DNA of 64,000 nt from a candidate division WOR-3 bacterium (lineage in GTDB: Bacteria; Hydrothermota; Tepidihabitantia; SM23-42): contig JAOUFJ010000004.1 of assembly GCA_029858255.1 (NCBI GenBank), positions 30,936 to 94,935 of the forward strand. Reading direction: 5' to 3'. Shown piece by piece: positions 56,805-64,000 of the stretch (position 1 is the stretch's first letter; each line of letters begins with the position of its first letter). The position numbers and the translations under genes were made by a program. The notes under the pieces were generated by a model that worked only from the letters and a program-made list of their open reading frames with translations, was not told the DNA's origin and made no database searches.

Positions 56805-57368
56805 ATGTCAACCCAACAGGTTACAGAAAAAATTCTCCACGACGCAGAGAACAACGCGCAAGAAATCCTTGCAGAATACAAGAATGAGGCGGAAAAGATC
56901 ACGACTGATTTCGCCCAACGCATCGAGCAGAAAAAGCAGCAAATCAATAAAGAGGTCGAAGAACGGAAAGAAACTGAAATAATGCGGGGATTGTCTCAGC
57001 ACCGCCTTGCACTTAATAGAAAGCAGACCGAGCACAAGCAGAATCTCATCAAAGTAACTATCGACGAGGCAATATCAAAACTCAACGATCACGATGAATA
57101 CCCCACGTTTCTGAAGGCTCTGATAAAGAAAAGCGACGAGAAGAAGGGCGAACTGTTGCTCAGCAAGGCCGACCTAAAAAAATTTCGCGGCGATCTGGAG
57201 AAATTCCTCGCCACGGAAGAAATGGAATTGAAAGTCATTGAGGATGATAGCATCAGAGGTGGACTCATAATCAAACGAGGGACAACTAGCTACATTGGCT
57301 CACTCGACATAATTCTCGAATTGCTGAGCGAGGAACTGGCCATCGCGATTTCAAAATCAATGTTTTAA
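56805..57368 (+). CDS. ntpE: V-type ATPase subunit E
   Basis: Long N-terminal charged helix and a globular C-terminus (RGGLIIKRG). Gene position after K. Confidence 0.7.
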   Translation: MSTQQVTEKILHDAENNAQEILAEYKNEAEKITTDFAQRIEQKKQQINKEVEERKETEIMRGLSQHRLALNRKQTEHKQNLIKVTIDEAISKLNDHDEYPTFLKALIKKSDEKKGELLLSKADLKKFRGDLEKFLATEEMELKVIEDDSIRGGLIIKRGTTSYIGSLDIILELLSEELAIAISKSMF

Positions 57369-57380
57369 AGGAGGTTATCC

Positions 57381-59414
57381 ATGGCTGAAAATGATATCAG
57401 GAATATCGGATTATTCGGGCATGCGGGAAGCGGCAAGACGACGATAGCCGACGGACTTCTTTATCTTGCGGGAGCCAACACAAGATTCGGTAAAGTCAAC
57501 GAGCAAACATCGGTTTTTGACACCGAACCCGAAGAGCAAGAGAAAATTTGCAGCCTCAACCTCGGGCTCGCATCGTTCAAACACAAAAATGTTCTCATCA
57601 ATCTGATCGACACGCCTGGCTATGCTGACTTCGTTGGCGAGGCAATAAGTGGGATCGAGTCCATTGATTGTGCAATAGTCGTCGTGGATGCCGTCGGAGG
57701 TATCGAGGTCGGAACCGAAAGGTTGCTGGGTGAAATAACCAAGAAGAAAATACCAGTCGTGTTTTTCATCAATAAATTGACCAAAGAAAATGCGGATTTT
57801 CAGAAAACTCTCTCAACGATCGGCGAAGCATACAAGAAGAGTGTTGTTGCCGTGACAATACCCATAGGAGAAACGAGCAAATTGAGCGGTGTAGTCGATG
57901 TCATAAATGGCAAAGCTTTTGAGGCCAAGGGTAAGGAAATCCCAGTTCCGGATGAGATGAAGGATGCTATCCAGAAATACCGCGACAAGTTCATCGAAGC
58001 GGCTGCTGACCTTGATGAAGGACTGATGAACAAATACATCGAGGGCGAAAAAGTTGAGTTACCGGAATGCCTCGACCCGGTTAAAAAAGGTGTTACCGCC
58101 GGCAAGATCGCAATATGTCTTGCGGGCGATGCAATGGAATTGATCGGTGTAAGCAATCTGCTTGATATTGCCGTTGAGTTTATACCGACCCCGCAAATGC
58201 TACCTGACATTCAGGTGGGGGGCAAGAGCATCAAAAGGGAAGATTCTTCACCATTTCTTGGTTATGTATTCAAAACCGTAGTTGAACCACACCTCGGTGA
58301 AGTATGCTACACCCGCATATTCAGCGGCAAGGCTAAGAGTGGGGATGTCGTTGACAACACAACAAAATCTTCAGAGGAAAAAATCAATCAGATATTCCTG
58401 ATAAAGGGAAAAGAGAAGACCGAAATCGAGGAACTAAATACCGGTATGATAGTCGGCTTGGTCAAACTCAAGAACACCAATACCGGCGATACTCTCACGA
58501 AGGGGGTGAATGTCACTCTGCCGCCAATAGTATTCCCGACGCCGTCGATATCCATGGCAATCGTGCCAAAAGAAAAAGGTGACGAGGAAAAGATCTCAAC
58601 AGGACTCACTCGCCTCCACGATGAGGACCCGACATTTGCTTTCGCTTTTGACCCGGAGATCAAACAATTGATAATCTCTGGCATTGGTGAACTGCATCTC
58701 GATATCATACTCTCACGATTGAAAAGGAAGTACAGTGTCAGCGTTGACCTCGTGAAACCGCGCATAAAGTATCGCGAGACCTTCACCAGGAAAACCAGCG
58801 CTCAAGGTAAGTATAAGAAACAAACCGGTGGGCACGGTCAGTATGGTGATTGCTGGTTGAAAGTCGAGCCCAGGGAAAGAGGAGCTGGCTTTGAATTCGT
58901 TGACGAGGTCGTGGGCGGCGCCATACCTTCACGTTATATACCATCGGTCGAGAAAGGAGTCAAAGAAGATTTGGAGCACGGTTTTCTTGCCGGCTACCCG
59001 CTAACCGATATAAAGGTCATCGTTTATGATGGTTCGTATCACCCCGTTGACTCGTCGGACATCGCTTTCAAAATCGCGGCATCGATGTCGCTTAAGTCGA
59101 ACGCCGAAAAGGGTGGCGTAGTATTGCTTGAACCGATCCAAGAAGTGGAAGTCTTTGTGCCCGAGTCTTTCATGGGAGATGTCATCGGTGACCTGAACAG
59201 CCGCCGTGGTAAAATAATGGGAATGGAAGGGGAAGGCAAGATACAAAAAATTAAGGCTCTCGTTCCCATGGCAGAAATGTACAAATACTCGACCAGTCTC
59301 CGCTCGATGACACAGGGCCGGGGTTTTTTCAACATGAAATTCAGCCATTATGAGGAAGTTCCGCGCGACGTGACCCAGAAGATTGTGGACGAAGCAAAAA
59401 AATCTAAAGAGTAG
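57381..59414 (+). CDS. elongation factor G paralogue with a non-canonical G domain
   Basis: Five-domain EF-G length. G1 GHAGSGKTT, G3 DTPGYADF (Tyr in place of the catalytic His), G4 NKLT (Thr in place of Asp). Domain IV GGHGQYGDCWLKVEP. Confidence 0.85.
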   Translation: MAENDIRNIGLFGHAGSGKTTIADGLLYLAGANTRFGKVNEQTSVFDTEPEEQEKICSLNLGLASFKHKNVLINLIDTPGYADFVGEAISGIESIDCAIVVVDAVGGIEVGTERLLGEITKKKIPVVFFINKLTKENADFQKTLSTIGEAYKKSVVAVTIPIGETSKLSGVVDVINGKAFEAKGKEIPVPDEMKDAIQKYRDKFIEAAADLDEGLMNKYIEGEKVELPECLDPVKKGVTAGKIAICLAGDAMELIGVSNLLDIAVEFIPTPQMLPDIQVGGKSIKREDSSPFLGYVFKTVVEPHLGEVCYTRIFSGKAKSGDVVDNTTKSSEEKINQIFLIKGKEKTEIEELNTGMIVGLVKLKNTNTGDTLTKGVNVTLPPIVFPTPSISMAIVPKEKGDEEKISTGLTRLHDEDPTFAFAFDPEIKQLIISGIGELHLDIILSRLKRKYSVSVDLVKPRIKYRETFTRKTSAQGKYKKQTGGHGQYGDCWLKVEPRERGAGFEFVDEVVGGAIPSRYIPSVEKGVKEDLEHGFLAGYPLTDIKVIVYDGSYHPVDSSDIAFKIAASMSLKSNAEKGGVVLLEPIQEVEVFVPESFMGDVIGDLNSRRGKIMGMEGEGKIQKIKALVPMAEMYKYSTSLRSMTQGRGFFNMKFSHYEEVPRDVTQKIVDEAKKSKE

Positions 59415-60173
59415 ATGAGACCCGTTTTGATAGAGGTTGGCGGGATCGCGATCCCGGCTTACGGCGTAATGCTTGCGGTCTCTTTTCTCGCCGCACTCTG
59501 GTATGTAAAACGTAAAGCCCCAAGGTTCGATATCTCGCCAGTGATAATCGAAAATCTGGCATTCTATGTTATGCTCGGTGTCGTTATCGGGGGCCGTCTG
59601 CTCTATGTGATATTCCACTGGACGCAATATCAGAATGACCTGCTCGGTGCAATCCGGATATGGGAAGGTGGAATGATGTTCTTCGGAGGATTCCTTGGTG
59701 GATTCATGCTCGGCGCACTGTATATGCGGAAACAGAAAATCTCCATTTACAGAATGTCGGATTTGGTTGCACCGTCGCTGGGCCTCGGGTTGTTCTTCAC
59801 GCGCATCGGATGTTTTCTTAACGGCTGTTGCTTTGGTGAACCATCGGTACTGCCTTGGGCAATGCGTTTCCCGCCCGAATGCGTGGCCGGGACTTCGCCG
59901 ATCGGCACACAGCCGCTCCATCCTGCACAACTCTACGAATCAGCCTTCGGTCTGGCGCTGTTCTTCTTTCTGAACAACCGGCTTGGTAAATCTGAGCGCA
60001 AGGGCGCTGTTTTTGCCCAGTTTTTGATATTCTACGGCGTTTTCCGTTTCGGAATCGACCTGATACGTTACTATGAAAACAGCGCTAATTATTGGATTAA
60101 TCAAGTCATCGCCCTGGGGTTGATCATCGCTGGAATAGTAATGTTCATCCGTCCCGTCAAAAAACCGTCTTGA
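59415..60173 (+). CDS. lgt: prolipoprotein diacylglyceryl transferase
   Basis: WEGGMMFFGGFLGG, RIGCFLNGCCFG, HPAQLYES. Confidence 0.9.
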   Translation: MRPVLIEVGGIAIPAYGVMLAVSFLAALWYVKRKAPRFDISPVIIENLAFYVMLGVVIGGRLLYVIFHWTQYQNDLLGAIRIWEGGMMFFGGFLGGFMLGALYMRKQKISIYRMSDLVAPSLGLGLFFTRIGCFLNGCCFGEPSVLPWAMRFPPECVAGTSPIGTQPLHPAQLYESAFGLALFFFLNNRLGKSERKGAVFAQFLIFYGVFRFGIDLIRYYENSANYWINQVIALGLIIAGIVMFIRPVKKPS

Positions 60174-60934
60174 CCCTTCTGTCAGATGTTCTAAAAGCAG
60201 TATTCGACTTCATCTTACCGCAATCCTGTATCCTATGTAACGAAGAAATACAGCGTGGGGTAATTTGTGATAACTGCCTTGATTATCTGCCGCTTGTAAA
60301 CCCGCCGCTTTGCGTCGTATGCGGACGACCGATAAAGAACGGCAAGCAGTGTGCTTTCTGCGACAGTGAATCACCGGTCGACCATGGACGCGCCTGGATA
60401 CTCTTCATCCCTCCGTCAGACAAGGTCATTCATCATTTCAAATACCGACGGAAAACTCGCCTCGCACAACTACTTGGCCGGGCGATGGCAGGAATGATCA
60501 ATGCCGATCATATCTTATCAGGTGCGGACACTATTACGCCGATCCCTTTGTTCTGGTGGAAGAGAATGCGCCGGGGCTACAACCAATCAGAGATTCTATC
60601 GCGCATCGTAAGCACGGAAACGGGTATCGGGCAAGAGCGACTGCTGAGAAGAATCAAGCATACCCGAACGCAGACACGACTCAGCACCGAAGAACGCAGG
60701 AAAAACGTCCTGAACGCCTTTGCGCTGAGCAATGATAGTGTTCACGATAAAAAGATACTGCTGATCGACGACGTGCTCACCACTGGTGCAACGGCGAGGG
60801 AATGCGCCCGTGTTCTGAAAGAGCACGGTGCGGCTGCGGTCTATTCATGTGTCGCGGCGATCACGCCGGATAAACCCAACACTTTTTCTCGTCATCGTCC
60901 GGTTCACCCGGACGATCCAGAAACGCCAGAATGA
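60170..60934 (+). CDS. comF: ComF-family protein (phosphoribosyltransferase domain)
   Basis: N-terminal Cys pairs (CILCNEE..CDNC, CVVCG..CAFC) and PRT motif ILLIDDVLTTGAT. The last ~44 nt are supplied by a structured repeat, so the true C-terminus is uncertain. Confidence 0.8.
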   Translation: MTLLSDVLKAVFDFILPQSCILCNEEIQRGVICDNCLDYLPLVNPPLCVVCGRPIKNGKQCAFCDSESPVDHGRAWILFIPPSDKVIHHFKYRRKTRLAQLLGRAMAGMINADHILSGADTITPIPLFWWKRMRRGYNQSEILSRIVSTETGIGQERLLRRIKHTRTQTRLSTEERRKNVLNAFALSNDSVHDKKILLIDDVLTTGATARECARVLKEHGAAAVYSCVAAITPDKPNTFSRHRPVHPDDPETPE

Positions 60935-60977
60935 ACGCCACAAACTCTGGATCCTCTGGTTAAACCAGAGAATGACA
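60891..60977 (+). repeat. structured three-hairpin repeat, copy A (87 nt)
   Basis: GTCAT-CGTCCGG-ttcac-CCGGACG; ATCCAGA-24 nt-TCTGGAT; CTCTGG-ttaaa-CCAGAG; AATGACA. Confidence 0.7.
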
Positions 60978-61037
60978 AAATCTCTCTCACCACCCTCCAA
61001 CCTGATCCTACGGCTGTCGTCCAGCCCACCCCCTCCT

Positions 61038-61139
61038 GTCATCGTCCGGCTTGCTTGTCCGCCTCAGGCGGGACCGGACGATCCAGAGCAAAAACCGTAC
61101 CACAGAACCTGGATTCCCCGGCTAAACCGGGGAATGACA
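61038..61139 (+). repeat. structured three-hairpin repeat, copy B (102 nt)
   Basis: GTCAT-CGTCCGG-(loop with CCGCC-tca-GGCGG)-CCGGACG; ATCCAG-22 nt-CTGGAT; CCCCGG-ctaaa-CCGGGG; AATGACA. Confidence 0.7.
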
Positions 61140-61159
61140 GAATAATGACCTCTGTAGCG

Positions 61160-61188
61160 TTGACACAGGTGCAGTTTCCGATTAATAT
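61160..61188 (+). promoter_or_regulatory. sigma70-type promoter of fba (TTGACA-17-TAATAT)
   Basis: TTGACA 61160-61165, TAATAT 61183-61188. About 14-nt leader to ATG 61209. Confidence 0.5.
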
Positions 61189-61208
61189 TACATTCTGAGA
61201 GAAATGGT

Positions 61209-62129
61209 ATGTTAGTTAATCTAAATAAAATCCTTCCAAAAGCGCGCAAAAATGGCTATGCCGTGGGCGCGTTCAACACCTCAAACCTGGAAATCACCCA
61301 GGCGATCATCAGTGCATCCGAGGCACTAAAAGCGCCGGTGATCGTCGCCACGAGTGAGAAGGCGATCAGGTATGCCGGGATCGAAAATATCTCCGAGATG
61401 ATCATCGGCATGGCAAAGCGAACAAAAATCCCGGTTGTGCTACACTTAGATCATGGCAAATCCTATGAACTGTGCAGGGAATGCATAAAGCATGGCTACA
61501 CATCGGTCATGATCGATGCCTCACATCTGCCATTCGGCGAAAATGTGAAGCTGACAAGAAAGGTCGTGCGCTACGCGCACGCAAGGCGGTTGACAGTCGA
61601 AGCGGAGATCGGGAGGCTTGCGGGCATTGAAGATGACGTTGACGTCACGGAAAAGGAAGCCCTGTATACGGAGCCGCACGAGGCAAAGAGATTTGCCGAA
61701 GAAACCGAATGCGATGCACTGGCGATCGCCATCGGGACTTCGCACGGCGCGTATAAGTTCAAGGGCAAACCAAAATTACGCATCGACATACTAAAGGAAA
61801 TCGCCGGGTTGATCCGAATACCGCTCGTGCTTCACGGTGCATCCGGCGTTAAAACTAAATGGATCAACCGTGTGAACAAACACGGCGGTGCGCTGGAGCA
61901 CGCGCGCGGTGTGCCGGACAACCTCATCCGCCAGGCCGTTAAGAATGGCATAGCCAAGATAAACACCGACACTGATTTGAGGATCGGCTTCACGGCAGGG
62001 CTTAGGGAATATCTTGAGGAGAACCCTGCTGATTTTGACCCAAGAAAGATCACGGGCCGTGCACGAGACCTGGTCGCCGAAGTTGTAACAGACAGAATAC
62101 AAGTGTTTGGCACAAAAGATCGCTTGTGA
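61209..62129 (+). CDS. fba: class II fructose-1,6-bisphosphate aldolase
   Basis: VVLHLDHGKS, VMIDASH, EAEIGRLAG, GTSHGAYK, LVLHGASG. Confidence 0.9.
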   Translation: MLVNLNKILPKARKNGYAVGAFNTSNLEITQAIISASEALKAPVIVATSEKAIRYAGIENISEMIIGMAKRTKIPVVLHLDHGKSYELCRECIKHGYTSVMIDASHLPFGENVKLTRKVVRYAHARRLTVEAEIGRLAGIEDDVDVTEKEALYTEPHEAKRFAEETECDALAIAIGTSHGAYKFKGKPKLRIDILKEIAGLIRIPLVLHGASGVKTKWINRVNKHGGALEHARGVPDNLIRQAVKNGIAKINTDTDLRIGFTAGLREYLEENPADFDPRKITGRARDLVAEVVTDRIQVFGTKDRL

Positions 62130-63088
62130 AAAAACCTTTTCTCATCACACCAGCCGTTCTTTGCATTCTGTTAATGTTCGTTTTATGCGGCGTGCCACCG
62201 AAGGAGTACAGTTACAGCAATTTTCTGTTTGGTGCACAGTGTAACGTGAAATTTCAATTCATTCATGAATACCGTGCAAAAGAGATTATTGATGTTCTCG
62301 ATCTGGAACTCACGCGGCTTGATTCGCTGTTGAATTACTTTAGTGACAAAAGTCTGCTGAGTGAACTGAACCGCAATTCGCGGGTAAAGGCTCCGAGTGA
62401 CATAGTCTTTCTTGTTACACTTAGCGACTCGGTCTCGCGGCTGACCGGCGGTCTTTTCGATATTACAATAGCCCCGTTACTCGAGATTTGGGGTTTCTAC
62501 CTTGGAGAGCCAAAGATGCCCGGTGCGGGCGAAATTTCCCGCGCAATAGGTCTCGTTGATTACACAAAAATCCAGATAAAAGAAGATTCAATTATCATCG
62601 AACCAGGTATGCGCGTTGACCTTGGCGGCATTGCCCAAGGGTTTGCCGCGGACCGTGCCGCGGATATTCTCAGGCAGAATCATGTGAAGTCGGCAATAAT
62701 AGACATCGGCGGTGAGATCATTACAATAGGACGATCGCCCGAGAAGAGACCGTGGCGTGTGGGCATCCGCAACCCGCGTGGTGGAGGTGTGATCGAAACC
62801 ATTGATATGAAAGATTCTGCCGTCTCTACGTCCGGTGATTACGAGAAATTTTTCATCATCGGCAACCAGCGTCACCCGCACATCCTGAATCCGCATACTG
62901 GTCTACCAGCAAAGGAGTTCGCTTCGGTAACCGTGTGCGCTGACAATGCCGCATTTGCTGACGCGATGTCAACGGCGATCGCCGTCATGGGCGCGACAAG
63001 AGGCATTCAATTCCTTGATTCACTCGGAATAAAAGGTATAATATATTATGAGCGCAATGGTGAACTGGAGAGACTTTCCAACAGATGA
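62126..63088 (+). CDS. apbE: FAD:protein FMN transferase
   Basis: Lipoprotein-like N-terminus. GGLFDITIAPLLEIWGF, DLGGIAQGFAAD, STSGDYEKFF. Confidence 0.85.
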   Translation: MKKPFLITPAVLCILLMFVLCGVPPKEYSYSNFLFGAQCNVKFQFIHEYRAKEIIDVLDLELTRLDSLLNYFSDKSLLSELNRNSRVKAPSDIVFLVTLSDSVSRLTGGLFDITIAPLLEIWGFYLGEPKMPGAGEISRAIGLVDYTKIQIKEDSIIIEPGMRVDLGGIAQGFAADRAADILRQNHVKSAIIDIGGEIITIGRSPEKRPWRVGIRNPRGGGVIETIDMKDSAVSTSGDYEKFFIIGNQRHPHILNPHTGLPAKEFASVTVCADNAAFADAMSTAIAVMGATRGIQFLDSLGIKGIIYYERNGELERLSNR

Positions 63089-64000
63089 AGGTTGAAGCAA
63101 AACACTATAGAACCAAAACAGATCATGTTGAATGCACAATGTGCCCACACTTGTGCAAAATCAAATTGGATAAGTGGGGACTCTGCCGCGGGCGTAAGAA
63201 TGAAGCGGGTAGATTGTGGGCGACCAATTACGGCGAAACCACTTCGATCGCAATGGACCCCATAGAAAAGAAACCGCTGTACCATTTTCATCCCGGGTCG
63301 CAGATACTCTCCATTGCGTGCAACAGCTGCAACATGCGGTGTCCGTTCTGTCAGAACTGGGAAATCTCACAAGTTGAAGTGCAAACCCAGTATCTATCTC
63401 CCGAAATACTTCAGAAAATGTCGAGGGACCACGAGTCAATGGGTGTTGCATATACGTACACCGAGCCTTTAATGTGGTTTGAATATTTGATAGACGCAGG
63501 AAAGGCTATTCATGAAATTGGTGGCAAGAATGTACTTGTGACCAATGGACTGATCAACGAAGATCCGCTGCGTGAGCTTATACCGCTGATCGATGCTATG
63601 AACATCGACCTCAAAACAATGAATCCGGATGTGTACAAAAAAACATTGAAGGGAGACCTGGCCGCAGTTAAGAGAACTATCGAAACTGCACACAAGAATT
63701 GTCATATTGAAATCACGAATCTCCTTGTCACTGGATTGAATGACAAGAAAACGGATATCGACAGCTTGGTCGATTATGTCTCTTCCATAGACCCAAATAT
63801 ACCTCTTCACTTTTCGAGATACTACCCCAATTATGAATACACGAAACCTCCAACTTCGGTAAAGATGATCGAATACGCATATTCGAAGGCTCGCGAAAAA
63901 CTGGCTTATGTCTACATTGGAAACCTGCCATCTGAAGAGGGTGCCCATACGGTCTGCCCGAAATGCGGGAACATGCTCATAGAACGGATGTATTTTCAGG
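63085..64000 (+). CDS. AmmeMemoRadiSam-system radical SAM enzyme (3' end beyond the window)
   Basis: Not in the ORF track because no stop is reached. My translation from ATG 63085 (ATGA overlap with apbE) gives MKVEAKHY..CTMCPHLCKI..GLCRGR..EKKPLYHFHPG..CNSCNMRCPFCQNWEIS..TNGLI..CPKCGN, the typical AmrS/PflA-like pattern. Confidence 0.8.
   Translation, partial: MKVEAKHYRTKTDHVECTMCPHLCKIKLDKWGLCRGRKNEAGRLWATNYGETTSIAMDPIEKKPLYHFHPGSQILSIACNSCNMRCPFCQNWEISQVEVQTQYLSPEILQKMSRDHESMGVAYTYTEPLMWFEYLIDAGKAIHEIGGKNVLVTNGLINEDPLRELIPLIDAMNIDLKTMNPDVYKKTLKGDLAAVKRTIETAHKNCHIEITNLLVTGLNDKKTDIDSLVDYVSSIDPNIPLHFSRYYPNYEYTKPPTSVKMIEYAYSKAREKLAYVYIGNLPSEEGAHTVCPKCGNMLIERMYFQ

Noticed and set aside
59001-59930. 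309-aa ORF on the minus strand, the longest unexplained ORF.
   Set aside because: It is antisense to the well-supported EF-G paralogue and lgt genes. It is rich in His, Arg and Cys and has no recognisable motifs, so it is a shadow ORF.
60828-61145. ORFs of 105 aa (plus strand) and 65 aa (minus strand, 60845-61042) in the comF-fba spacer.
   Set aside because: They are made up of the structured repeats and a C-rich spacer. Their Pro/Arg-rich low-complexity translations make RNA or DNA structure a better explanation.

Overview
This is a gene-dense 64-kb chromosomal core segment with about 55 CDS on both strands. It comes from a diderm bacterium, probably an uncultivated FCB-group or candidate-phylum lineage. 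Supporting genes are LptF/G, TolC, OmpA, a TonB-dependent receptor, a C11 peptidase with a FlgD/T9SS-like C-terminal domain, V-type ATPase genes and a group-II GGGP synthase.

All product calls rest on motifs read by eye from the ORF track. No homology search was run.

**Protein-coding content**
- Lipid, envelope and cell wall: a giant CoA-activase fusion, lptFG, accD, PBP1A, lgt, an OmpA-family protein.
- An orphan MalK-like ATPase.
- The operon pcrB-purD-purE-(tsaC::LMW-PTP)-thyX.
- A GGDEF-STAND-TPR signalling protein.
- A MacAB-TolC-type efflux operon.
- btuB, recJ-pgeF, a C11 peptidase and an asparaginase.
- A 2-oxoacid:ferredoxin oxidoreductase encoded in DABC order.
- A B12-radical-SAM/DUF2344 fusion coupled to rng.
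- tkt, archease and an MFS transporter.
- The first four genes of a V-type ATPase operon, followed by an atypical EF-G paralogue.
- comF, fba, apbE and the start of an AmmeMemoRadiSam radical SAM gene.

**RNA genes and regulatory elements**
- tRNA-Gly(CCC), tRNA-Leu(CAG) and tRNA-Glu(UUC).
- A cobalamin riboswitch upstream of btuB.
- An RNase P RNA.
- Many near-consensus sigma70 promoters. Nine of them abut the start codon, which implies leaderless mRNAs.
- Many 4-nt ATGA/GTGA gene overlaps, which suggest translational coupling.

I saw no transposase, integrase, phage, CRISPR or toxin-antitoxin genes.

**Most unusual signals** (all are non-coding)
1. The RNase P RNA is 747 nt, about twice the normal size. 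It carries two paralogous 211-nt structured expansion modules and has an almost absent P3.
2. Two tandem cloverleaf-like structured repeats lie between comF and fba, with compensatory stem changes between the copies.
3. Two arrays of about 9-nt phased degenerate repeats. One lies directly upstream of the GGDEF-STAND promoter. The other lies in the V-ATPase I-K intercistronic region.
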